A stretch of 55,286 bases of DNA, the filler included, from Sphacelaria rigidula (Eukaryota): NCBI GenBank assembly GCA_964200075.2. It is 6 parts of 6 records of this genome, joined end to end, with 100 filler letters (N's around TTAATTAATTAA, not from the genome) between each part and the next. Parts side by side here need not be neighbours in the genome. Positions count along the whole stretch, not along the records: positions 9,233 to 18,364 come from CAXNAA020009222.1; positions 18,465 to 27,595 come from CAXNAA020009223.1; 4 more parts are not named here. One strand, 5' to 3'. Shown in pieces: positions 12,501 to 23,744 of this stretch. How positions within the stretch are numbered: the stretch's first letter is position 1; each line of letters begins with the position of its first letter. The notes below the pieces were generated by a model, which was not told the DNA's origin, searched no databases, and was given only the letters and a program-made list of their open reading frames with translations. A program made the translations under genes and the position numbers.

Positions 12501-14695
12501 CCGTCCTTCGAAGTACCCCGGCCCGGAGACGCCACACTTGAACTGGCCGGATGTGCTAGCCAGGTATGTATCTGTGTGTTTGCAAAGCACATCGTAAGGG
12601 GGTGTCATTCCGAGGTCTTGAGTGTATATTTGCAAAGTTGATGATGATTTTTTTTCTGTGACGAGTGTGTGTGTGTGTGTGTGTGTTTGCAGAGTACATT
12701 ATGAGTGTGTGTATTTTTAGAAGTGCTACGCTTTTTTATATGTTTCATTACTTGATGCTTTTGGGGGGGGGGGGGTCGTAACTTTTCGCATGAAAAGCAG
12801 TTGGTTGTTCCAGGTTCGGTGTCTGATCGAATTTTGTTGTGTTGATTGAAAATCATGAAATAAATTATGTGATGGTGAAGATGGTGACAAAACCAGGATC
12901 AGGAACATTTTGCAGCTTCCCCCTGCCCCATCCCGCACAACATGCAGTTTCATACAAGAGAGCATAATCGTCCTTCCCCCTGGCTTGCTTTGGTGCACGA
13001 TTGGCCAGGTTCACTTCGGGTAATCCCAATGCAGCAATCCCGGCTCCGGCCACTACATTCGGGGGCGTTGATGCGGCCCAGGCGGCGGCGCAGGCCGCCG
13101 TGGCAGCTCTAGGTGTTGTGTCGCTCGCCCGGCCGACCACGACCCTGCGGCTGAACAACATGCTGACCGCGGGAGACCTTGAGGATGAGGCTGGCATGGG
13201 CGACATTGAGGAGGAAACCAAGGTGGTATATACTACATAGTATATATTTTTGGATAACTTTTTTGTTTTCATTTGTAATCGTTAACTAGAATCATCAGTT
13301 CTCCGAAGATCGCCGGGGTTGTTCATTTGGGAGGATCGCACCGTTTTGTGTTTTTTCCAAGTACAAATATGGTGCCCATTCATCAGCAGAGCCTGGCGGT
13401 GAAAATGTCGACGGATGAGTCCACAAGTAATATTGGGGGCTCTCGGGTGCCGACAGCTGCTCCAACTTGATGCTTTTTAACCAGGGGAATATGACGTTTT
13501 TGGTCAGTTGTTATGTGCTGCTCTCTTTGTTGTCCAGTTGATGACCTGTGACGAACTTGAGTAAACCGACCACCACCTGAGGCATGCTGTTTGTGCGTTC
13601 AATATTTGGCAAAACCCGAAGCTTAGCGTATCGCCACGAAAATGATAACCCGGGCATCCTTATTCCATCGTGATCTCCGAGTCGTGGTCATTTCTTTTTA
13701 ACCCCTTCATACGGTGTACATGATTGCTTCTAGTCGAGCAGTTGCGGTAGGGCACTGACGCCGAGCGCGAGTATTAGTTAAACTGTGTCCAAACAGTAAA
13801 CGGCTGGTGACGGGCACCACACGTGTTTTTACGTGATTTGGTTTTGCTTAACTATATGTGGAGGGATTTTGGGGCACTTGAATGAGGCGTGACGCGGCTT
13901 TCGAAACTGGAAGATGGTATTCAGTGATCCATATGGTAACCCGTTTTCTTTTGTTTCTCGGCTGGGCGGTAAACCACGATAATGTCACTCTGTGTGTGTC
14001 AATCTGCATTACAGGAGGAATGCGAGAAGTTTGGTAGCGTCAAGTCTGTGCACATTCCTCGCCCCAGCACTACGAACGAGCAAGAGAAACCCGGGGTGGG
14101 CTTCGTCTTCGTGGCTTTCGATGCTGTCGATTCCGCCGCGAAGGCTGCTGCCAGCCTAAGGGCAAGGACGTTCGACGGCCGGAAGGTGAGGAGGGCTCTG
14201 TGGTACTTTCCTATTTGTGTCTCGTCCCGTGTGTTCGCATGTGTGTTCTCTCACCACGTCTTTACCGAGAAATGTGTACAGTATGTGGCCGAGGGGAGAG
14301 CGTGAAAGTGGGGGGTGGAATCTTGAGGTTGAGGACTCCGCACGAGGAAGAGTTTTGAAGTGTGACGGAAACTTCGAGAAGAATCGTGCGCATGCGACTA
14401 GTCTGTCTTCGTGTCTGGATTCGTCGCAGCGGAGCAAAACGCAAGTGTTTGCCTTGAATTTCTTTTCTCTGGCCTCACATTGCAAGCCCCACCAGAAGTG
14501 CGCTCCCCCCGTCTTCTCGTTTATTTTGTTTCTCTTTCTCATCGTCCTCTTTGTTTCTCGTGTGTGCGCCGTCCGTCCCGATAGGTTGAGGTTACATACT
14601 GGGACGAAGAGAAGTTCAACCAACGGATATTCACTGACGAAGGAAACGACGAGATGACTCAGGCGCAAGCCGCTGCGAATGGAGGGGGCATGTAG
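9425..14695 (+). CDS. U2AF2: U2AF65-like splicing factor (U2AF large subunit family), 5'-partial, 7 exons, 347 aa visible
   Basis: Exons 9425-9559, 10394-10515, 11742-11820, 12352-12563, 13009-13222, 14015-14185 and 14585-14695 all have AG/GT boundaries with compatible phases. They splice to RRM (PGNPVLTCRVNNKYAFVELRSAEE...LKIGRPSKY), RRM (RELYIGN...NFAFVECRSVEE...LKINRPSKY) and a C-terminal UHM (TTTLRLNNML...DIEEETKEECEKFGSVKSVHIPRP...GVGFVFVAF...RTFDGRKVEVTYWDEEKF). Stop TAG is at 14693-14695. The N-terminus lies off the contig. May be a paralogue rather than the canonical U2AF2. Confidence 0.85.
9587..9623 (-). mobile_element. Poly(C)-tailed retroposon, truncated copy
   Basis: GGCGTACTCATTTGTTGTTTGCCTTAGTC flanked by a 15-bp TSD TCGTTTTTTTGGGGG (9572-9586, 9624-9638). 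Confidence 0.8.
10394..10515 (+). CDS. U2AF2: U2AF65-like exon (end of first RRM and linker)
   Basis: cacag|ATG CTC AAG ... TAC CG|gtgagc; MLKIGRPSKYQGP...DPATKVY. Confidence 0.9.
11742..11820 (+). CDS. U2AF2: U2AF65-like exon (second RRM, RNP2)
   Basis: cacag|G GAG CTC TAC ATC GGA AAC ... GAA AAG|gtaagt; ELYIGNTSPDMTDIVLKDFLSNTMEK. Confidence 0.9.
11867..11973 (-). mobile_element. Poly(C)-tailed retroposon copy
   Basis: Aligns to 4923-5022; G-rich flanks on both sides. Confidence 0.8.
12352..12563 (+). CDS. U2AF2: U2AF65-like exon (second RRM, RNP1)
   Basis: cccag|GTT GGG ... GCC AG|gtatgt; VGFSTKAGSPIIHARVSGNFAFVECRSVEEC... Confidence 0.9.
13009..13222 (+). CDS. U2AF2: U2AF65-like exon (Ala-rich linker, start of UHM)
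   Basis: gccag|G TTC ACT ... ACC AAG|gtggta; ...RPTTTLRLNNMLTAGDLEDEAGMGDIEEETK. Confidence 0.88.
14015..14185 (+). CDS. U2AF2: U2AF65-like exon (UHM core)
   Basis: tacag|GAG GAA TGC ... CGG AAG|gtgagg; EECEKFGSVKSVHIPRP...RTFDGRK. Confidence 0.9.
14585..14695 (+). CDS. U2AF2: U2AF65-like terminal exon
   Basis: gatag|GTT GAG GTT ACA TAC TGG ... ATG TAG; VEVTYWDEEKFNQRIF completes the UHM. Confidence 0.85.
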   Translation, partial: VEVTYWDEEKFNQRIFTDEGNDEMTQAQAAANGGGM

Positions 14696-15358
14696 ACACA
14701 TCATTGAACATATTTTCGTGCGAATTTTCCGGCCAGCTGTCGATGACAAATTGGGCTGCGGGCAAACACCGGTTGGGGGCGTTCCGGAGATCGTTGGGCG
14801 TGATGTGGCTAATTTGAGCACAGGTTGTGGTGGGCACAGGAACTCTACACGAAGTAAAGAGAGGGATTGCTTTAACGATACCTGTGATCGGTTCGTTTTC
14901 CGGTTTAACCCCCAAAATAATTCAAGAATGTGCGCTTGGTTCATGTGGGCCGATAACCATGGTGGCCGTCTTCGTCGAGTGGCTGTTTCGATTCCCGCAA
15001 AGGCTGTCACAGGGTGGTCGGGTTGGTTTTTCTCTATCCCCAGTTGTTCGTTCTCCACGTTAGCATAATTGGTTGTGAGGAATGATGTTGGCAATTGTCA
15101 CGCATCGTTCATTTCTTGGTTTGATCCTTTGAAGTGTGCAGGTTTCTGATATCTATGGTGTAGTGATGAGCAACGTTTCTCGGCTTTTTTTGACATGAGT
15201 GCTGTTGAAACCACATACTTTGTATACTACGTAGTATATAACTAGGACTGTCCTCGGTGGCAGAGTGTTTACCAATACCAATGATGTAGCTTTTTTTTTT
15301 TCTGTAAGACGAGTCTGTTGACGGATGTGCATTTATTCTCTGCAAACGTTTGTGCATC

Positions 15359-15805
15359 TAGTGCAAGGTGCAGAGTGGAGATTACATCAAGTACCTTGCC
15401 GAGGCAACGCGAGCCCTGGGAAAGATGATGGTTGCTGCCCATTGTGGGAAACATTATTGGCGATGGAGGTATGAGTCATTTGCCTGTTGTGAGGAACCGG
15501 GCTCAAATGTGCTCATGGGTGTCGCCTTCGGGAACTCGACAGAAAAACGGAAACAAACGGTGGTGTGTTACGGAGGGGAAGACACGTCGCCGAATCGGCC
15601 CGGTTCCGACGAGTATTTTCTATGGTCGATACCGCTCAGATGGTATCTTTGGTCGATCTGTGCGGTGTGTAGGTACACCGTTCGGCGCGCTGGGAGGCAG
15701 GGTGTTGAACGTTGGGCTAAGCCGGCAGCTGAAGGGGTTTTGCGTGGCGATATGTTTTCCTCACGTCCCTGGTGTGTGTAGCGATGTACCGATTCATGTG
15801 TTGAT
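15359..15805 (+). pseudogene. Decayed Fanzor1/TnpB-like RuvC nuclease fragment
   Basis: Colinear motifs: K..S.DYIKYL, YWRWRYESF, TVVCYG...P.RPG, DEYF, CAVC, LRG.MF, then (frameshifted) GVCSDVPIH. RuvC-I and RuvC-III are absent. Recognised by motif order only. Confidence 0.5.
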
Positions 15806-18364
15806 GAGATGATGGAGAAAAACGAAGCAACAGCTGTATCATTGACATCAGTAGCTCGTGCGGACAAGTGCGGCCACGCGTGGGCCGCGCTGGAGCTGTT
15901 GGACACATGAAATGATGTTGCGTCATCCTCCCAGGCGAACTTTTGAGTCATCGTCACACCATGGAGTATCCTGGAAAATGGGGTTGGACGTTTGAATGGG
16001 GCTCAAACCCCCTTGCAAATATCCCGTTCTCGCCTGGATGGTGTCATCAACGCAAGCGACTTCGAATATTTTTTCCTTCCCCGAGCTTGCCTCGTCGCGC
16101 ATTGTTCCGTCCGTCTCTAAAGCCAAATTCGTCTCTTTTTGGAAATTCGAACGGCTCTCACCAGGTGAGAGGAAGACCTATCGTCGGCTCCCTTCGCGTG
16201 CAATGAAAGACGGAAACGTGCACAAAACGCACGGGCAGGTCGGGTAGGGTATGTACTTTTGTGAACTTCGGTGAAACACCGTGGTATTTCACCCAAGGTT
16301 TGAGTGGATAGGTGGTGGAAAGGCTCGAGTTGTGTGGCGCTGTCTTCTGGATGGACCGGCTACTATCACACTGGACAGTAGTGTATGTCAGGGATGCACC
16401 GGTGGCTGCTAGACCAATTGCTTCTGCAGCAGGAGATGGTTTTCACTGGCGCTCATGTGGCCAACACAGGATTGAAAGCAGTCTCTTTTTAAAGCAGAGA
16501 GCTGAAGAGAACAAAAGAGAGTGGCAGACAGCATTTGGGTGCCGAGGTGGCTGGGTCCAAGCATCCTCAATCCTGGAACGAAAAGTCAGTTGGTATACGC
16601 ACGTAAGACCAAACGAAACCATTCACTTACAACGCTGATGTATTGGTCTCGCCAGCTCTTCACACTTAATCTACTGCAGGCTACGAAGCGTAGTTACCTT
16701 GATACTGTACACTATTCTATAACATACCATGACAGCATATTTTTCACTGTAGTATTTTATGAACTGTGTGACTGAACGTGGAAGTGTCACGAATCGCGTG
16801 GTGAACGTCTAGAGGTGGAGGGTGCCAGTCTGTGTGCTCCCTCGCAGTCATGTTCAGACGACACGCAAGCACCAGGATCCGACCGGGTTCGATGATTTTG
16901 CGTGCAAGGTGGTTCAAGTAATGTTCATGTAGTCGCACTCCACCTGCAGTATGTCGAGCGCATGCTCGAGACAACACCAGCTACAGGTGAGTCAGGCTTA
17001 CTTTAGACGACGACCAGCAACACCTCTGATGTCGCAGTCCGAGAACAGCTCAGATGCTTCTTGCATTATCGGCGAACAGGCGAATTGCTGCTGTACTTGG
17101 TGAGATGCTAGCCCCAGCCTTATCTAAAAGGCTAAACAAAATTCAGTCAAGGGCTGGAAGGGCCAGAACAAAAACGAAGCCTGTGCATCATACGCCTGAA
17201 GTTGAAACGAGAAAACCTGCAAAATTAGAGTGGAGGGGAGAACTCGTTGCAGATCTAGTGGAGAGGTGAATCCTGTGAAGCAGAGGAAACCTTTACACGC
17301 TGGTTCACGTTGATCACCCAAAAGACACTCATCGGCAAAACCTCACGGGAATTAGACGCTGAAATTTTGCACTAATATTCTACGGGTAATTACGTAACTT
17401 TCGAAGTTTTTTTTCTTCACTTTTTGAATTTTTTCACCGTTTTTCGGGGGATTTTGATGGAAAGAAAATTCTCCGGGCCTCCATGTGTGTTGTATCCGCC
17501 TGAAAAAGTCGTTCCTTGTTCATCGATGCCTGGCTGGAGGACAGGGGAGCCACCTTCCCTCAGGTTTTCAGAACCGTTTTCATCTTGTGCATATAGGTCA
17601 TGAAAACCAAACTCTCTAGCTTTCTCAGGTTTTGCGAAATCGGTGCAGTCTGTTAGCGTGACCACCGCTGCGCAAACGGGAGGTAGCTTTGATCCGGTTT
17701 GCATGGCGTACTGCCGACAGCGTCGCGTGAAAGTCACAAGGCCCTTGCTGTCGGCGGTTGATGGCGTGGGTCTCGAATGCAACGACATGCGGTTGATCGT
17801 AGAGCACCCTCGTCTCTCCTTTCGAGTTGTGATAATCCTTGATCTCCTGACATCGGAATAATTATTACCTATGGGAAGGTACTCGTGCTGTACCGAGCTG
17901 TCGACGCGACCACCGTATGCGTGCTGCAGATTGCCTATGCGCCACGCTAGCAACAGTTAGGTCACCACCAGGGGTATCTTTTTTCACTCTGCATGTCAAA
18001 AAGGTCCCTACAAATGTTTGATCTCTCACGCACACACACCTCAACTGGCGTGTCGTCAAGCGCCCCGTTGGCGGGAGGGGGAGGTTGGGGAGAATCAAGA
18101 ATGAATAACACCCCCTAAGTTCAAATTGGATCTATCTGGTATTGCCGAAGCACCGCCCTTGCTGGCATGTGTGTGACAGAGTACAGTAGTAGCGGTGACG
18201 AGAACATTGCCCTGTTTTTCAACGACATATTCTTCAGTGCACAGACGCGCGTCTTGTCCTAAAAGAGAGGCAGAGAGTAATTAATTGATCTTCGCATCAA
18301 GCAAGCGAGAAGAGACGAAATCTCTCCGCAGCTCTCGGTGTTCTGAGACAACATACAACAGCAA

Positions 18365-18464
18365 NNNNNNNNNNNNNNNNNNNNNNNNNNNNNNNNNNNN
18401 NNNNNNNNTTAATTAATTAANNNNNNNNNNNNNNNNNNNNNNNNNNNNNNNNNNNNNNNNNNNN
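18365..18464. other. Artificial contig linker
   Basis: N44-TTAATTAATTAA-N44. Confidence 0.97.
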
Positions 18465-19224
18465 CGGGACGGAGCACGCCGGGTTCTCAACGGACCAGGC
18501 TATCGCAGGGAGGAGGGGGGGGGGGCGAGTTCGTTTCTTGTAACCCGTGCACAGCTTCCCACTGATCATGCTTCACTCGTGATGCGTTTGGCCATGCGTG
18601 ACAACAGCATCTCGTCGTGTCGAACAGTGACCATCTTCCAGAATAGGATTGTTTCGAAGATGCTCTCTCTCTCGGTTGTCCAAAAATTGAGATTGTTCTG
18701 ACCAACTCTCATTACACGCATTTATGTACCTCTGATCGTGGTCATCGCGAAATGCCGTCGGCAATTACGTACTTCCTTCTCGGGATGTTATACTTTGTCG
18801 CTCCATCCACCCGTAGCTTCTAGTCAGACGACCGTTCCCATTTGTATAGAGTGCGCACTTGCCTATGGCAACCATGTGACAGCCGGTAAGTCGTTCCGGC
18901 GCATTAAGACAGGGGTTTCTTGGATCATTGGGCAGAGCTTGGATCAGCTCGAGCATGACTGGAATGATTGCGACCGTACCCAGTTGTTCTGACAGGTTGA
19001 CGGTGATGTACATGCAAGTTTCGTGAAGCTGAATCGTTTTTTTGTTGATTTCCGCGGGCAGCTTGGGTCTAGTGGTGTTGCGCGGTTTCCTGGATTATCG
19101 CGTGACAGGGTGCCCTCAGCGGACTTGTCGTCCTGCGGGAACTTTGTCTGGATCATCTTTTTCCGAAAGTCGAGATCGGCGTGAATTGTTCACTCTATTC
19201 CTTCGACACTGCTCTGATTAGTAC

Positions 19225-20008
19225 CAGGGCTCTTTACGGTACACGTTACTCGTACGTTACACATCACAAACGTCATGCCACAGCGGTGTGGCGTGACGTG
19301 AGGTATGTTTTTTGAAGTAGTTATAAAATGTGACGTGACGTAACGTATCGGTAAAAACATGTGACGTGACGTGACGTATCCTTTTTCAAGACGTGACAAA
19401 TGTGACGTGACGTGACGTGTTTGTTTTTAAACGTCACAAAAAATGTATTTTGAAACGTTTATTGTAACGTGTAACGTATCAAAGTTACACGTTTGTTTAT
19501 ATGTCACACGTTTGTGACGTCTGAACGAACGTCACAAACGTTTTTTGTGACGTCTGAATGAACGTCACTAACGTCACATGCTTAACTTGTACCACAATGT
19601 GACGTGGCGTACCGGAAAGTAAATGTGACGTTTGTGACGTATCATTTTTCAAGACGTCACGAATGTGACGTGACGTGATCTTTTGTGGAAACGTCACATC
19701 AGCTTATTTTGAAACGTTTGTGACATCTGAATGAACGTCACAAACGTCACCGTGAACCTCCCTCGACGCGGTCGAAGTGTAACGTTTCTTTTTACGTCAC
19801 ACGCTACAAACGTAATGTATATTATATGTCACACGTTACAATAAACGTTTCAAAATACGGCACTGTGACGTTACGTGACGTATATTTTTTCAAGACGTCA
19901 CAAGCGTGGCGTGAAGTACCGGTAAAACATTGTGACGTGACGTAACGTACATTTTTCAAGACGTAACATTTGTGACGTACCGCGTAACGTGTAACGTAAA
20001 GAGTCCTG
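19225..20008. mobile_element. Non-autonomous hAT-type element (MITE) with dense TGACGT subrepeats
   Basis: TIRs CAGGGCTCTTTACGGTACACGTTAC and GTAACGTGTAACGTAAAGAGTCCTG; 8-bp TSD ATTAGTAC (19217-19224) / GTTAGTAC (20009-20016). Confidence 0.85.
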
Positions 20009-20406
20009 GTTAGTACGTGCACTCGCACTGTGGACCCCTGCGAGTCGGAGGGTTCCCCAAACAAAGAACTCCCGTGGTGATAATGATAGTGCGGTCATGC
20101 GTACATGGAGCTCCATAGTTTACCTGGTGAAAGCTCGATTTCTCTGTGGTCCTTGCTTGTCGTCTGCTCGGGGAACAATTGGCGAGTAACAGCTTGCGAA
20201 GCGCCTCTGCTTTATCTCGGGGCACTGGAATCCGCACAGTTTGCAAGTGATCGGTCAGGCCCAGCGCCTCTACCTCACTGCTGCAGTCAGCACTCTTTTT
20301 CGATGCCAGAGTAGGGGGCTTTGCTCCTCTCTCGGACCAAAATATCTCGCTGAGTTGGATGCGAGCGAAGCTGACGCGATCAATGCGCTCGCGTCGTCAA
20401 ATATTC

Positions 20407-22213
20407 CAAGGTTGTGTTCTGAAAGGTACGGATACATTCTGTAGGGTATGAGATTCCTTACAGAACTTACGGAAGTGACGAGTACCAGTATAAAAATCTT
20501 ACAGAGTTGACAGAAGTGTCGGGTATCGGTATGAAACTCTTACAGAAATGACAGAACTTGTCGGGTGCGATACGGAATGCTTACAGAAAACCGGTACCGG
20601 CAATCATGTATCTCTTTTAGGGTTTGCCCGCCCCTCGGGTTAGGGTAGATGTTTTGTACAGAGCTCATAGAAATGCCGGGTAAGGGCATGGGAGGCTTAC
20701 AGAACTCACAGAAATGTCGGGTAAGGGTATGGAAGGCTTACAGAACTCACAGAAACTGTCGGGTAGGGTACGGAAGTTGCACAGAAAACCGTACCCGCAA
20801 CCGGGCATACTATCAAGAGCATACCCGTGTCCCCCGGTAACGGTACAAACGGCTTACGGAATTCGCACAACTATCGGGGACGGGTATGAAGGTCTTGCAG
20901 AGATTACAGAACTGTCGGGTAACTATCGGGTACGGTAAACACCCGGCAAAATACCCCGGGTATACGGAAAACCGTACCCTGCAGAACTCGACCTTAGTAT
21001 TCTCATCACCTCTGTAGTGGGAGCTACGTCACTACAACAGTGGCGAAATACAGATGACAGTTCACGAAAACTCTGGACGGCTTCACGGGGTAATTAGAGA
21101 AATGCTACACGAACGATCGCAGTAGTACAAGTGCACAGCATCGTCAACATCCGTCGGCTTCACGTACACTCCCTGAGAGTACATGAAGGAGCATTCACGG
21201 GTGCCCGTTCTCTGGAAGCCCGTTGGCCCGCGACAAAATCGCCGACGGCCTGGAAGACTTTCGGTGGCAGCTCATACTCGGTGCTGTACATGTCGATAAC
21301 GGCCTGGTGTTTGATGACCACGACACAACCACCATCAACGTCGATGACGTGCGTCTCGCTACTTGATCCCCCAGTGGCGCAGATGAACCGCCCCCGCTCG
21401 AGCCACCTCTGAAGTCTGGGGGTGATTAATCCTGACGGTCTGCAGGGCTGCTCATGTTTCGTGTGTCCACTCAGCGGTACCATGTATCCCGTCAGATCCC
21501 AAACTAAATAACTCTTCAAGATTGAATTATTGTTGGTGTGCAGTTTTGAATGGAGGAGTTGGGTGAGTTGATCGATGAGAGGTACATGTTTAGGTCATGA
21601 AGTTGTATTTGGATTGAACCTATATCCGTACCTCGACCCAAGGTATATATCTGTGCTCATACCTGCAATCGGGTATATCTATGACGGTATACCCTAACCC
21701 CGGGTAGGGGTATGGGAGGCTTACAAATCTCACAGAACTGTCGGGTATCGGTACTGGATGAAAGTCTTACAGAAGTTACAGAACTTGTCAGGTACGGTAT
21801 GGGAGACTTACAGAAAACCGGTACCGGCAATCGGGTATTTTTTCAAGAGCATACCCGCGCTCCGGGTACAGGTAACCGTTCTGTACAGAACTCACAGAAC
21901 TGTCGGGTAGGGGTTTGGGAGGCTCACACAACTCACAGAAACTGTCGGGTAGGGTGTAGGTTGCACAGAAAACCGTACCCGCAATCAGGTATCTTAGCAA
22001 GAGCGTACCCGCGCTCCCCGCTCACGGTTCGGGAGTCCTACAGAGATTACAGAACTAACAGGTAAGGGTATCAAAGTCTTAAAGAGAATAATACACAACT
22101 GTCGGGTACCGGTATGAAGGTCTTACAGAAGTCACAGAACTGTCGGGTACGGTAAATACCCGGCAAAATACCACGGGTATACAGAAAACCACACCCTACA
22201 GAACACAACCTTG
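20407..22213. mobile_element. Composite non-autonomous hAT-type element
   Basis: TIR CAAGGTTGTGTTCTG ... CAGAACACAACCTTG; perfect 8-bp TSD AAATATTC (20399-20406 and 22214-22221). Internal ACAGAACT/GTCGGGTA subrepeats, a second right end at ~20996, and unique sequence at ~20997-21620. Confidence 0.85.
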
Positions 22214-23744
22214 AAATATTCCTTGCATGGCAAGGGGCTCGCCCAGAGCGCTTGCTACATACGTTACTCGTCAACCATTTCTTATTACGTTGTAAATTTG
22301 TGCTATTAATAGAGTTTCCAGCACCTTTCCCCCTTCCTAGGTTGTAAGACCCGTTCTTACCAATTTTCCTTTTCCCGCATACCATCAATCATGCTGTTTT
22401 TTCCCTCTCTAGTCGATGAAACTGCCCTCCAGCATTAAGGGGATGAGACAGCACCGATCCTTCGAACGGTGTACCGACTACCGACCTGCCTGCTCTGTGT
22501 CCTAATTCGCCGTCGAAATCCCCTTGGGGGGTATTACTCGTTTCAAACTGGCCAAGTGGATTGACCCACGAAATCGCTTCCTAGTTGTCGTAGTTCAGGT
22601 TCTCTTCATACTCGTGGGACCCAAACTGATGGGTCCAAGGCCGGTGGGCGACTCTTTCTCCGGGAAGGGGTGAACTGCGATCTGCCCGGACTGAATTGGC
22701 ATACTACATACTGTATTTTCCTCGTTATGGCGGGCACTACGTACGTTGGGGAGGGCGTCACTTTCCCCCCTGCCCAAGCTGTCCCGAGAGGTTTGACATG
22801 GCTCTCCCATACTGGTGGGAAACATGCGCTGGGAATGGGGGCAAACTGGTCTCGTGCCCTCACTGAAACGAGTGGTCTGACGCACTCTCCTTGTACTGAC
22901 TAGTGGCCCGAAACTGGTGGCCAAACGCACAAGGGAAGAGGATAAAGTGGCTTCTACCCAAACTAAATGACTTGTCGTACATGGTTCCCCATAGTCGATG
23001 GAAAACTATATTGCGGGACAACATACACTGCTGCCTGCCCCGACAGAACTGACAGTGGTTCCCTTCCCAGTAGGTCTCAGGTGAGACGATGGTTCCCTGG
23101 GCGACGCTGTTGTTTACTCAACACATCGTTCACGCCCCCCGCCGTCTTGTACTTTTCGGTAGACCTGTTTCCTATTGGTTCCCACTTTGACGAATGCTCT
23201 TGTGTTCGTAGTATTGACGGAAGCTGGTCACTCTCACGGAAGATCTACTCATTGCTGGCAGTGAGCAAGAATGCCGTTCTCTTGGTGTAGTCGCATTTTG
23301 AGTTTCTAGCAGCTGCGGTGGTGCTCGCTGTTGTAGTCAACTGTGCAGGTGTCGGTTCTTCTCGCAAATACCAACCATGTTATTCTGCGGACGTGGTTTT
23401 GTTTTGAACTTGTACGTCCCTTTCCATGTAACGATTCCACCCTGAAGGCTATTTTTCAGGTGGTACTCAGACGTGGTCGTTGTGGACGTCAATCTGCGAG
23501 CAACGCTGAGTCTTTGAACCGATTTTTCAATCTCGATCAAAAGACCTGCCGTCACACCACTTCCGTCAAGGATGTCAACTATGTTAGTGAATTGGATTGT
23601 TTAAAGAACGCATGTGGCGATTTTGTGTTATGATACCGCTGAGCCACAACCGACATCACCGTAGCCCGAAACCTCCCGCACATGGATGGCAACGATCGAC
23701 GTCAGTTCTCTAACATATCGTACGGGCGCACTTACTACAGCAGC

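Noticed and set aside
17010-17140. Chromodomain-like LLYLVR fragment
   Set aside because: Too short, lacks the conserved Trp residues, and there is no adjacent integrase.
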